Notes: generated by a model not told the origin, from the letters alone. A stretch of DNA of 64,000 nt from a virus (IMGVR_UViG_3300005805_000074:1-64000); one strand, 5' to 3'; shown: positions 46,472-55,936, counted from the first letter of the stretch. Numbers and translations are program-made.

Positions 46472-47440
46472 TTATAAGTTGTTAGCGTACCCTAGTGGGA
46501 ATCCGTTTCTAAATTCGGAGGACATCTTGGGTACAATCATTTTATATGTGTCTATCAACTGGTGAATACCATCGTCAATACTGTACTGCGGTTTCCATCC
46601 CGTTGCTTCAATCTTTTCGTTGGATACAATATAATCTCGTTTATCTGGGTCTTCGTAATAATCTGATACACTGATTGAGAAGTCTGGTACATACTTTTTA
46701 ATCAGATTTACTAATTCTAGTTTAGATAAATTGGCATCAGATAATCCCACATTGAATACTTCATTTTTGTGAGTATCATAGTTTGTAATCATGAAAGAGA
46801 ATACATCCGCAACATCTTCAATATGAATATAGTTTCTCTTAAAATGTGGTTCAAACAGTACGATATATTTGTCAGTAATTGCCTTATATACAAACTCATT
46901 AACTAACAAATCGGTTCTCATCCGTGGTGATGGTCCGAACACCGTTGCTAATCGGAAACAGATTGCATCTGTATTCTGTAATAGGTATCTTTCGGCATTT
47001 ACCTTTGTCACCCCGTAATGAGAGATAGGATTGAGTGGACTTTTTTCAGTACATACCTGTCCGCCTTCCGCTACACCATATCCACTATTCGTATTAGGGA
47101 ACAATATCTTTGACTTCCCATCAGCAAAATTTACTACATCAACAATTTGTTCATAGTTTAATTGTGTCGCACCTAATGGGTCTGCATCGCACGCAGGGAA
47201 TCCAACTCTAGCTGCGAGCGGGATAACAATATCATGTGTTGTTACTAATTTCTTCAGAAGGTCTTTATTTCTTGCATCTCCATAAACAAACTTAAAGTTT
47301 TTATTCTTAACAAACGGGAGCAACGATAACTGGTTAAACTCCAAAGAGTCTAACACAGTTACCGAATACCCATCATTGAGTAATCTGTTCGTAATGGTGG
47401 AACCTAAGTAACCAGCACCACCCGTTAATAAAATTCTCAC
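46472..47440 (-). CDS. NAD-dependent epimerase/dehydratase (extended SDR)
   Basis: TGGAGYLGS, HYGVTK (YxxxK), RLATVFG and RNYIHIED motifs. Confidence 0.9.
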   Translation of the reverse strand: MRILLTGGAGYLGSTITNRLLNDGYSVTVLDSLEFNQLSLLPFVKNKNFKFVYGDARNKDLLKKLVTTHDIVIPLAARVGFPACDADPLGATQLNYEQIVDVVNFADGKSKILFPNTNSGYGVAEGGQVCTEKSPLNPISHYGVTKVNAERYLLQNTDAICFRLATVFGPSPRMRTDLLVNEFVYKAITDKYIVLFEPHFKRNYIHIEDVADVFSFMITNYDTHKNEVFNVGLSDANLSKLELVNLIKKYVPDFSISVSDYYEDPDKRDYIVSNEKIEATGWKPQYSIDDGIHQLIDTYKMIVPKMSSEFRNGFPLGYANNL

Positions 47441-47441
47441 C

Positions 47442-48224
47442 TTAGAATCCCCAATGTTCCTTTCTCATCGCGTACATATCAATCGGTTCACGCTTCATTT
47501 GCGCTCCAGATGCGAACGGTGCGCCTTCCTTTAAGTATCCACCGATGAAATTACGGCGCATTCTCTTTGAGAGATTTGGTTCCGACCCGTGGACAACGTG
47601 TGAATGAAGAATGGTCATTGTTCCCTTACGTTGATACCCTTCTACCTTTCTAAAGGTATGTCCCTCTGGCATGACACATGGTTTACCGCGTTCATTATGC
47701 CAGAACGCAGGATTAGTTTTGGTCCGTTCTTCATCTACTTCAATCGGAAGTACTGGTAAAAGGTGTGAACCTTCATAATTCCATACAGCACCATTTACTG
47801 GGTCATGGTTATCCAGTGCAATTGCAACATTGATGATTTCATTTGGACCACATTTAGTATAGAATGCATTTTGATGTTGGTCGCGACCAAGTTGTCCGGG
47901 TGGTTTGAAATATCCCCAACTTTGCATACCAATTATATTTCCCCCCATCAAGAATTCACATGCTTCAAGAATTTTTGGATGAGAATATAACTTTGCTAAT
48001 TTTGGAGATAACTTGTGTGGATACGAGAAAGGATCCCACTCTCCCCAAACCTTACCATCGGGCGCAGTAGTTCCAGTTCGTTCTCTACGGAGTTTATCCA
48101 TTTCTTCATTGACTTCATCTACCTCTTCTTCTGTGAGAAGTTCGAGGTTTATGTAACCAATATAACGCCATGCAAACATCATTTGTTGCTGTTCGTCTAT
48201 TGTTAAATACTTGTACTCTTTCAT
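47442..48224 (-). CDS. Phytanoyl-CoA dioxygenase (PhyH)-family protein
   Basis: FKPPG...HQN, VAIALD, NGA...GSH and VHGS.PN motifs. Confidence 0.85.
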   Translation of the reverse strand: MKEYKYLTIDEQQQMMFAWRYIGYINLELLTEEEVDEVNEEMDKLRRERTGTTAPDGKVWGEWDPFSYPHKLSPKLAKLYSHPKILEACEFLMGGNIIGMQSWGYFKPPGQLGRDQHQNAFYTKCGPNEIINVAIALDNHDPVNGAVWNYEGSHLLPVLPIEVDEERTKTNPAFWHNERGKPCVMPEGHTFRKVEGYQRKGTMTILHSHVVHGSEPNLSKRMRRNFIGGYLKEGAPFASGAQMKREPIDMYAMRKEHWGF

Positions 48225-48253
48225 ACATCCTCCCTAATATGGGTTTACAGTTA

Positions 48254-48282
48254 AAACTAATTAATTACAACTAATTTGTCAA
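48254..48282 (-). promoter_or_regulatory. sigma70-type promoter upstream of the PhyH/sugar operon
   Basis: Minus strand TTGACA-17 nt-TAGTTT. Confidence 0.55.
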
Positions 48283-48285
48283 GGG

Positions 48286-49293
48286 TTATTCTCGTTCAAT
48301 ATCTAAAGTAATACAATGCGGACCACCACTTAATGTCCTCGCGTGTCTTAATTTAACGGGTATAGAATCTATTCCCATTTTTTTCAATAATTTCATTAAC
48401 ATAATTTGATGTTCTTCTACCATGACCAAATTCTCATTGATAGAAAGAATATTCATACCCAACCATGGTGATGCCGGACACCAATCTGACATAACTTGAG
48501 TTGCATACGGTTCTGGTGCACTAAGTATGTGCCAATTCTTTAGAAATTGTGGCATATTATTTGTATTGACTCTGGAAGGATTTGTTAATACCAAACCTTC
48601 TCGTAAGAAAACAAATGTGGTATCTATGTGAATGTACGCGTATACATTTTCCGCAAGATGTACTGTATATTTATCAGAGATATTGTCTCGTAACCACGTT
48701 TGTAAATATTCTGCCCCAACTTTATTTCCAGTGTTAGATATTAAATATAATAAGTCATAGTTTGCCCGTAGAACATTTGCAGCATCAAATACAGGTTCAT
48801 TATTCATCAATGTACTTCTAGATAAGTCACTACGGTCATATAAACTATCTTCTGCGACTGGTTTTGGGAATGTTACCCAACTTTCGGTGGTGAATAGTTG
48901 TTTGTATTTATCCGCCTCATCCCGACGTTGACGTAAGGTCATTGGAGTAGCTATTACCTTATCTTTAATTACTAACATAGAATCTCGGGGGCAGTAATCA
49001 TAGTATGAGTCATTAAATGGTCTGTCACCTGGTATTACTGGTGGTCTGTATACCTCGACCCCCAATCCTACCAAAATCTTTTGAATTTCATTTAAATCTT
49101 CTTCTGTTTCTTCTAAAACTTGATTAGGATATGCCCCAGTTGGTATTGTAAAAAACTGGTCATCTGTGTAGTGAGCATAGTCTATACAATGTAATCCTTT
49201 ATCTTTGACTGATGGAATCTGTGCATTGTGAACATTTCCTAGTATTATCTTTTTAAGATTACCCCACTCATTATTTACATTAGGTGTTAACAT
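48286..49293 (-). CDS. Amidinotransferase (glycine amidinotransferase/StrB1 family)
   Basis: NNEWGNLK, CPRD, FDAAN, IHIDTT and GGPHCIT (Asp-His-Cys triad). Confidence 0.92.
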   Translation of the reverse strand: MLTPNVNNEWGNLKKIILGNVHNAQIPSVKDKGLHCIDYAHYTDDQFFTIPTGAYPNQVLEETEEDLNEIQKILVGLGVEVYRPPVIPGDRPFNDSYYDYCPRDSMLVIKDKVIATPMTLRQRRDEADKYKQLFTTESWVTFPKPVAEDSLYDRSDLSRSTLMNNEPVFDAANVLRANYDLLYLISNTGNKVGAEYLQTWLRDNISDKYTVHLAENVYAYIHIDTTFVFLREGLVLTNPSRVNTNNMPQFLKNWHILSAPEPYATQVMSDWCPASPWLGMNILSINENLVMVEEHQIMLMKLLKKMGIDSIPVKLRHARTLSGGPHCITLDIERE

Positions 49294-50716
49294 TTAGAAC
49301 CTCAAACAAATTTTTAATAAAAAACTCTTTCATTAACTTCCCATCTGCGTATGTTAAGAATAATTTTTGATTATATACTAGTACATCTTCAAAAATAGAG
49401 TGATACCAGTTATGAATTTCTTCTAATGAAAATTTAGACAATCTTTCTATTTCATTTATTATCATTTTGAATCGTTCTGCACCATTTTCTTCATCATCAT
49501 AACTTTCATCAATAAACGGAGAAAATGTCTTAAATCCAAACCGTTTGATTTCTTTAAGTCCATGCGCTGGTCCCATAAAAATAAACGGTTGTAGATGACC
49601 TATTGGTTTCCATGTCTTTTCAGAAAAATAACCACCGTTCTCAAAAAAGTTAGTTTCTGATGTTATGTGTATGTAGGATTGTAAATATATTCTTTTGTTT
49701 TCGAAATTAAATCCCCACACATTTTCTAAATTGTCATAATCTAATGTACTGACGGGTTTATTTTGTTTTAAATTTTGGTACTCAGCTTCTATCGTAACGA
49801 ATGGGAATTTATCTCCAATATGATGTACGGAATACATTGATTGGTCTAAATCAAACATTTTCATAGAATCTAAGTCATATGATACAAAAAAGTTATCAAT
49901 AATGTTTAAATGATTAAACATCAGAACAGAATATAAACGATGTGGTCGCATCCGTCTATTTAACATTAAAAACTTTTTCTGTCTTACGATTTTATCAGTA
50001 ACTTCTTCCTTAGAAACTACACTACAGACATTAGAAATATTATTAAATGTAGTGACTTGATTGTTTAATATTTTTCTAAACTCTTCGGCTTTGTCTTTCA
50101 ACGACCAAATATGATACAATAATTTAATCTTACCTACATTTTTATTTTCATTATATGGCCGTTTTGTAAATGCATCATACCATATATCAAAAGTTTTTTT
50201 GATATTATAATCAGATATACAGAATATAATTTTTTCAAATGGTATATTAAATTCTTCTGCGTCTTTATATATAACTTCAAAAAACTCTGTGTTTAGTGTT
50301 CCTTCGTTTGAATAATTTATAAAAAGATAAAAGTTTTCAATTGTCCTAATTAAATGTTTTGTTCGTTCTGGTATAAAAAAGAAGAACGACCTATGCATAT
50401 GTAGACTATTATGCAATCCAAATGTACAACTTGCTCCACCAAACGGAGACATTAAATACAAATATATAGCCTCTTTTTGGTAGTTGTTTGAAGAAACATC
50501 GTAAGTAGATATTCTACCATTAAGAGCATATTCTACTGTACCTTGCCCGTGCCAAACTGCTACACCATCATAATACTTGTTTTGTAACTTTGATATAATA
50601 CCGTTTTCTCTATTAAAATCTTCTTCTATATGAGACTGGAAGTAATCAAAATTTAAACAATTTTCTAATGGTCCCGCGGGAGATATGTAATCGTCAACTA
50701 AAAATACATTTTTCAT
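49280..50716 (-). CDS. GT10-like glycosyltransferase paralogue 5
   Basis: KKFLMLNRRMRPHR...ITSETNFF...FSEKTWKP...QPFIFMG...GFKTF motif. Confidence 0.55.
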   Translation of the reverse strand: MKNVFLVDDYISPAGPLENCLNFDYFQSHIEEDFNRENGIISKLQNKYYDGVAVWHGQGTVEYALNGRISTYDVSSNNYQKEAIYLYLMSPFGGASCTFGLHNSLHMHRSFFFFIPERTKHLIRTIENFYLFINYSNEGTLNTEFFEVIYKDAEEFNIPFEKIIFCISDYNIKKTFDIWYDAFTKRPYNENKNVGKIKLLYHIWSLKDKAEEFRKILNNQVTTFNNISNVCSVVSKEEVTDKIVRQKKFLMLNRRMRPHRLYSVLMFNHLNIIDNFFVSYDLDSMKMFDLDQSMYSVHHIGDKFPFVTIEAEYQNLKQNKPVSTLDYDNLENVWGFNFENKRIYLQSYIHITSETNFFENGGYFSEKTWKPIGHLQPFIFMGPAHGLKEIKRFGFKTFSPFIDESYDDEENGAERFKMIINEIERLSKFSLEEIHNWYHSIFEDVLVYNQKLFLTYADGKLMKEFFIKNLFEVLNVNT

Positions 50717-52086
50717 ACATTTATTGTTTGTAAAAATTTATTTTTAATACTACCATTTCTGAAAAAGTCGGTTAGTAAATTTCTGTTGTGTAATAATTTA
50801 CCTTGTACTGAGTTATACAAACGATGTAACTCTTCAATAGACAGATTACATACTCGTTCTACATTATTTAGAATCATAGATAATCGTTCTACTTCATTTT
50901 CAATTGTATCATAACTTTCATCAAAAAACTCTGGGAATGTTTCAAAACCTAATTTACGTAGTTCTGATAAAGTGTTTGGATTACCGTAAACTATAAATGG
51001 GTGAAAATATATCATAGGTCTTATAGTTTTTTCAGTAATAAATATTGCCCCACCACTTACACCCGTTTCATTTACAACAGAAAAATATGTATCATTCCAC
51101 ATATCTTTTTCTGTAAAATAGTTGTGCATATTAGCCACTTCTGTTGCATCTTCGTAGTCTATAACGAATGGATATTTCTCTTTAATTTTTAGTTTATACT
51201 CAATATTTTCTGGTACTTCACAAAAATCATCAAACTCAGTTGACCTAAGTAAAGAGATTAGTCCTTTATCAAACAAACCTCGTTCTATTAAGTTCAATAT
51301 CATTCTTGGTCTATGTAATCTGTTACTATTTCTGTTTAGACAAAGAAAATGTTTGTTTCTAGTGTGTGATATTGGTTTTACATCTAACGAATATTTAATA
51401 TTGCGTTCAATCACATTATTTACTTCGTAATTGTTAGTCATACTTTCATACTTAAGAATATTTTTTCCAGGTTCTCCTTCAACAAAAAAATTAATTGATT
51501 CACATAACATAAACGAAGTTAAATTATATTTTCTTAAGTAGTTGTCATAGATTTGTTTAATATTAGATGTATTTGTTACAAATACTACTTTTTTATTACT
51601 AATTTTATGTTTCTCAACAAAATTGTAGATATTTCTAAAAAAGTCATCAGAATACTCTAAACAACCTTCTTTATCGTCTATAAACAATACTTTTACACTA
51701 TCATAATTCTTTAGTAGTTTAAATGATTTTTTACTTAGAATATTATCTAAATCCACCCTTGAAATATAATCTACTATAGTTTGGTCAAATGTACTGGCGA
51801 TAGCAAATATATTAATGTCATTTTCTAGTTGTTCATTAGACAAATTATGTACCAACACCCTGTCTGTGTTACTTACATATTCGGATATTAAATGAAATAT
51901 ATCTAGTGTCGTTTTAGATATACGAAAACTAGAATTATCTATCATTCGTAGTGTAACATCGTCCATATCCACCAAACCATCATTTATTTCACTAAACAAT
52001 ATTGGTATATCTTTTAATTGATACCCTAATGGGAGATATCCGTTCGGAGTTAAAAATTCATATAAAAAATTTACTTTAGTCTTCAT
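50713..52086 (-). CDS. GT10-like glycosyltransferase paralogue 6
   Basis: KHFLCLNRNSNRLHR...VVNET...ITEKTIRP...HPFIVYG...GFETF motif. Confidence 0.55.
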   Translation of the reverse strand: MKTKVNFLYEFLTPNGYLPLGYQLKDIPILFSEINDGLVDMDDVTLRMIDNSSFRISKTTLDIFHLISEYVSNTDRVLVHNLSNEQLENDINIFAIASTFDQTIVDYISRVDLDNILSKKSFKLLKNYDSVKVLFIDDKEGCLEYSDDFFRNIYNFVEKHKISNKKVVFVTNTSNIKQIYDNYLRKYNLTSFMLCESINFFVEGEPGKNILKYESMTNNYEVNNVIERNIKYSLDVKPISHTRNKHFLCLNRNSNRLHRPRMILNLIERGLFDKGLISLLRSTEFDDFCEVPENIEYKLKIKEKYPFVIDYEDATEVANMHNYFTEKDMWNDTYFSVVNETGVSGGAIFITEKTIRPMIYFHPFIVYGNPNTLSELRKLGFETFPEFFDESYDTIENEVERLSMILNNVERVCNLSIEELHRLYNSVQGKLLHNRNLLTDFFRNGSIKNKFLQTINV

Positions 52087-53524
52087 TGTGATATGGATAC
52101 TTACAATATTTATAAAATTCTTCTAATTCAGGAAATGTATCTAAGAAATTAGTTCCTCGACGAGCATCATATGTATCTACAAATGATGCAAAGTTTTTTC
52201 TTTGGTCTATAAATGACGGTTTTTTTGTTTTTATTTCATTAAGAACTAAATAGTATAGTCGTTCCATTCTATGAATTTCGTAATCATAAAATCCCTTTGC
52301 AGCCAAATGGTACCAATTAGAATACTGTTGATTTCTCATCATGAAACTTACAGAATCGGCTATTTGTTGGTGGAAGTTTTCTGTTAGTAACCACGCCGCT
52401 AAAAAGTCTGGATGCCTTAGATAAGGAATATCAACACTTAACGGTAACTGTCTGTGTGTTGCGTCAGAATATTTTAACTTCAAATCTAACATATCCTTTA
52501 AGAAGTCAGTAAACGATGTCACAGACAACAAGTTATATGTACACATTAATGTAGCCTTACTATTTGGTACTTCCTTTAAGAATCTATCTAGATTACTTAA
52601 CCAATAATCGTACTTCAATCCAAACCGAATATATTCTGCTCGTTTACCGTGTGCTTCATTACTGGTAAACAATTTAAATTCTTTTACTGCTTTCTTATCT
52701 TGAATTATAGAGATTTTTTCAAAGAATTTATCAATAATTTCTTTAGGAGCACCCAAGTTACTATTGATGTTAAATTCCATTTGTGGTTGTGGATTATCAA
52801 TTAAATAATCTAATACTTTAAAAGTATTCTTACTTAATAATGGTTCACCACCAGTAATTCTAAAAGTATGTAAATCTCTAACTGCATCAGGCCACCATTT
52901 CCAAAATGCATCAACATATGGATTATCTTCTGATTGTAAAATAGGTAGTCCCTGTCCTCGTTTTAGGTTATCTACACTATTGAATATCATACCAGTTGGT
53001 AACTTATATGGACCGTGTTGTTTAATTTCTTGCATCCATGTAGTTGAGTACAACGGAGAACAATACGCACATTTAAAATTACACGTAGTGTCAAAGTCAA
53101 CTTCCATGTATGATGGATTTATGTTTGTATCCCATGGTAATACTTTAATTGTTTGTAAATGTGGTCTAGACCAATCTTCAGAACTTTTTATTATTCTATC
53201 GCTATAAACTTCTCCCTCGTTATCCTTTTTTGGAGTATCTTCTACTCTCCAACAATAATCGCATTCGTCTGGACGTATACCTTCTAACATTGATTTTCTT
53301 TGTTCTTTTTTAAATTGAGTGTTGTGTAGGGCAGTTGGGTTATGTTCCAGTTCTTCTAATGGAATTGGGTGCACTTTAGGATGGTGACAACTATGTGTTG
53401 TACCATTACCTAAATGAATAGTAACCTGCTGCCATTTGGCCGCACACATTGTCGGACTAATAACATCTAATTCTCGTTTAGTACTTTTAAATGAATCTGT
53501 TGCGGATTTTATTATATTACTCAT
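52076..53524 (-). CDS. Radical SAM protein with an N-terminal Cys-rich (Twitch/SPASM-like) domain
   Basis: CNFKCAYC (CxxxCxxC), TGGEP and N-terminal CAAKW...SCHH...CDYCW. Confidence 0.9.
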   Translation of the reverse strand: MSNIIKSATDSFKSTKRELDVISPTMCAAKWQQVTIHLGNGTTHSCHHPKVHPIPLEELEHNPTALHNTQFKKEQRKSMLEGIRPDECDYCWRVEDTPKKDNEGEVYSDRIIKSSEDWSRPHLQTIKVLPWDTNINPSYMEVDFDTTCNFKCAYCSPLYSTTWMQEIKQHGPYKLPTGMIFNSVDNLKRGQGLPILQSEDNPYVDAFWKWWPDAVRDLHTFRITGGEPLLSKNTFKVLDYLIDNPQPQMEFNINSNLGAPKEIIDKFFEKISIIQDKKAVKEFKLFTSNEAHGKRAEYIRFGLKYDYWLSNLDRFLKEVPNSKATLMCTYNLLSVTSFTDFLKDMLDLKLKYSDATHRQLPLSVDIPYLRHPDFLAAWLLTENFHQQIADSVSFMMRNQQYSNWYHLAAKGFYDYEIHRMERLYYLVLNEIKTKKPSFIDQRKNFASFVDTYDARRGTNFLDTFPELEEFYKYCKYPYHNED

Positions 53525-53525
53525 G

Positions 53526-54158
53526 TTATTTATATCCTATTGTCATAAATCTGTAGAATGGTTTATTTGGTCCCATACATTTCAATTTATTCGTAAACAC
53601 GATATTTTTCAATGTACTATTATTATTGAATTCTTCTAAGGTTTCAAAACATCTCACATGCTCTTGACATTCATAAAAATTGTTTCCCTGTATAACTACA
53701 GGAGTTCCTACTGGTATGTTTTTTAACCACATATCATATACATCTTGTGTAACGTGTTCAGTACTAGTATTAATTACTAGATTTGGTTCAATATAGTTAT
53801 TAAATCTTGCCATATCTTCGGTAATAAAGTTTATTCTAGAATCATTATTAGATAACATATTACCATATATAATACAACTGTCATCGATGTCAATATTGTA
53901 TACTGATGTGGGAAAATTATCTACTATAAGTTGTGACAATATTCCATACCACCCACCAATAACATAAACATTACCTGATAATGTTGGTATATGTTTTTTT
54001 ATATTATTTATCAGCCACGATTTACTACGAAGTTGACTATCCCAAAAACTCTCTAAGATTCTATATTGTATTTCTTTATTACAATTTCTTATTATATTCA
54101 TCCACTGAACGACACGGGATGATTTTATAGGTAATACATCATCCATATGTTTCTTCAA
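53526..54158 (-). CDS. Class I SAM methyltransferase-like protein
   Basis: VIGGWYG, NIDID and INTSTEH motifs. Confidence 0.7.
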   Translation of the reverse strand: MKKHMDDVLPIKSSRVVQWMNIIRNCNKEIQYRILESFWDSQLRSKSWLINNIKKHIPTLSGNVYVIGGWYGILSQLIVDNFPTSVYNIDIDDSCIIYGNMLSNNDSRINFITEDMARFNNYIEPNLVINTSTEHVTQDVYDMWLKNIPVGTPVVIQGNNFYECQEHVRCFETLEEFNNNSTLKNIVFTNKLKCMGPNKPFYRFMTIGYK

Positions 54159-55248
54159 AATGTTGTTCTAACCAAGTCCAACTGACCGTATTCCGAAGTG
54201 CTTCTGGGTTCTTTTCGTGTTGTTGTGCGTATTCATGTCCATCCTTTGCACCCTTCAATACCCACTCAGCATTTTCTCCTTCCGCAAACGCCAACCATCG
54301 TTGTAACCAGAGATGAGCATCGGTTGAGTGTTGTAAGGTTAACTTGACCGTTTCACGGAATGCGGTTCTCCATGCCTCATATGGACTTGTAGCAAAATGA
54401 GCTTCACTCACTGTACGTGGAATAGAAACCGTCTTACTGTATTGAGTAAAGTCCAGTCCGAAATTTGTTGGTGTATTCAATACAAGATTGGTGTTATAAC
54501 AGACGATTCCCATATGCCCATATTCTAAACGATTACTCATATTCTTGGCTTGGAATACTACATGAGCATCGGGAATAGTTTCTACCGGATAATTAAATAC
54601 GGTTACATCCGTTACATAATTTTTACCAGTGACCACAAAGAATTGATTCTTATCTCCGGCCAAATCTACGCAACGATGAAATACTTTTCTCCGTCCATCA
54701 ATATTATCAATTCGTATTGCTTTAGGATAAATAGAACTCAAGTGCTTCCAATTTTTATCTGCATTTGTTTCGCCGTTACTAACAAAAAACACAGGAACTT
54801 CTGTCTGTTTTGGTTTACGGATAACGGAAACCGTTCGTACCGCCGAAGCAGGATTGACTTCCACAATCATCTTTTCTGACCACTCCCACGGGTCATCACT
54901 TTCCTTCTTCATCTTTTCAATGATTTTCTTCTCTCCTGCCCATCCCGCGATAAACACTTGTTCGGCATCCTTACGAACAACAAACACCACAGGACCAGAG
55001 ATGTGTTCCCATGTTACTCCATTGGTACACCGATAGAGTTTCTTTTCTGCTAACGGCGTATCAACAATCTGCACATAATCAAATACACTTAGTTCCTTTT
55101 CACCTGCCTGTGCCCACCCATCTGCGTCCTTGACCGTTTCCATATAGTCAGTAAACCATCCAAGACTCCGTACCCACGGTTTGGTTTCTACAACCCAATA
55201 CTTTTTAAATAAGTCACTATGGGCTAACCACGATTCATTATTAACCAT
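54139..55248 (-). CDS. GT-A-like phage protein
   Basis: VFFVSNGETNADKNW, N.LEYG..GI and AWRTAFRETVKL motifs. The expected DxD position reads VVTGKN. Confidence 0.5.
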   Translation of the reverse strand: MVNNESWLAHSDLFKKYWVVETKPWVRSLGWFTDYMETVKDADGWAQAGEKELSVFDYVQIVDTPLAEKKLYRCTNGVTWEHISGPVVFVVRKDAEQVFIAGWAGEKKIIEKMKKESDDPWEWSEKMIVEVNPASAVRTVSVIRKPKQTEVPVFFVSNGETNADKNWKHLSSIYPKAIRIDNIDGRRKVFHRCVDLAGDKNQFFVVTGKNYVTDVTVFNYPVETIPDAHVVFQAKNMSNRLEYGHMGIVCYNTNLVLNTPTNFGLDFTQYSKTVSIPRTVSEAHFATSPYEAWRTAFRETVKLTLQHSTDAHLWLQRWLAFAEGENAEWVLKGAKDGHEYAQQHEKNPEALRNTVSWTWLEQHFEETYG

Positions 55249-55936
55249 TTTTCTTTACCTTTTTTGTATGTCTCTTAATTCTCTGTTCTTCATTTACACC
55301 TAAATTTGGACCAAATGCCCACTGTCCTACATGACGAACTTGGAAACTAAGGTTCATATCAACTAAAATCTTATATCCTGCATTTCTTAATTTACTTTGG
55401 AAAAAGAAATCTTCTCCGTGCCATTCCTTATCTTTATATTCAAATGCAAAGTATGGAGGTACTATTTTATTTAGTACTTCGGTTTTCATCATCATACATC
55501 CCATTCCAATTCCTTCGACTTCTTGAAGTTCTTGGTCACCTTCTAACGGTAACCAATTTTCCCAATTACCTCGTTCTGGATACGCGACCGTTTGTAATGG
55601 TACCGACCGTTTCATGTAATTTGCACAGACTATATCTACATTATGTCCCATTAATCGCATAGCTGTAGTGTTGGGGAACATCATATCAGAATCTAACCAC
55701 AATGCATAGTCTGCCTTTATTTCTAATGCTTGTTGTGCGAGGCGTTCACGTTGTGTCAATAATATTGTACTTTGGTCATATATAACATGAACATCAATAC
55801 CTGCCATGGTGGTAGTTTTCACCATTTCTACTAAACACGCAGTAAACAAACTATATGTGTACTCTCTACATGGTACTAAAATTGCTAATTTAGTAGGTTT
55901 GGTTTGCCAAATACTTAAATCGTAGATGTTCTTCAT
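55241..55936 (-). CDS. Glycosyltransferase, GT2-like
   Basis: ILVPCR, WLDSDMMFP (DxD), GMGCMMM and GEDFFF..K motifs. Confidence 0.8.
   Translation of the reverse strand: MKNIYDLSIWQTKPTKLAILVPCREYTYSLFTACLVEMVKTTTMAGIDVHVIYDQSTILLTQRERLAQQALEIKADYALWLDSDMMFPNTTAMRLMGHNVDIVCANYMKRSVPLQTVAYPERGNWENWLPLEGDQELQEVEGIGMGCMMMKTEVLNKIVPPYFAFEYKDKEWHGEDFFFQSKLRNAGYKILVDMNLSFQVRHVGQWAFGPNLGVNEEQRIKRHTKKVKKNG

Noticed and set aside
45916-49293. Streptomycin-like antibiotic cluster (StrB1 + StrM/RmlC + aminotransferase)
   Set aside because: No inositol dehydrogenase, kinases, resistance or export genes are present. The shared families are generic sugar-tailoring enzymes.
21327-55936. Bacterial O-antigen/capsule locus (host DNA or prophage cargo)
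   Set aside because: No wzx/wzy/wzm/wzt or initiating phosphoglycosyltransferase is present. The genes are tightly overlapped, co-oriented and interleaved with phage structural genes and phage promoter motifs.
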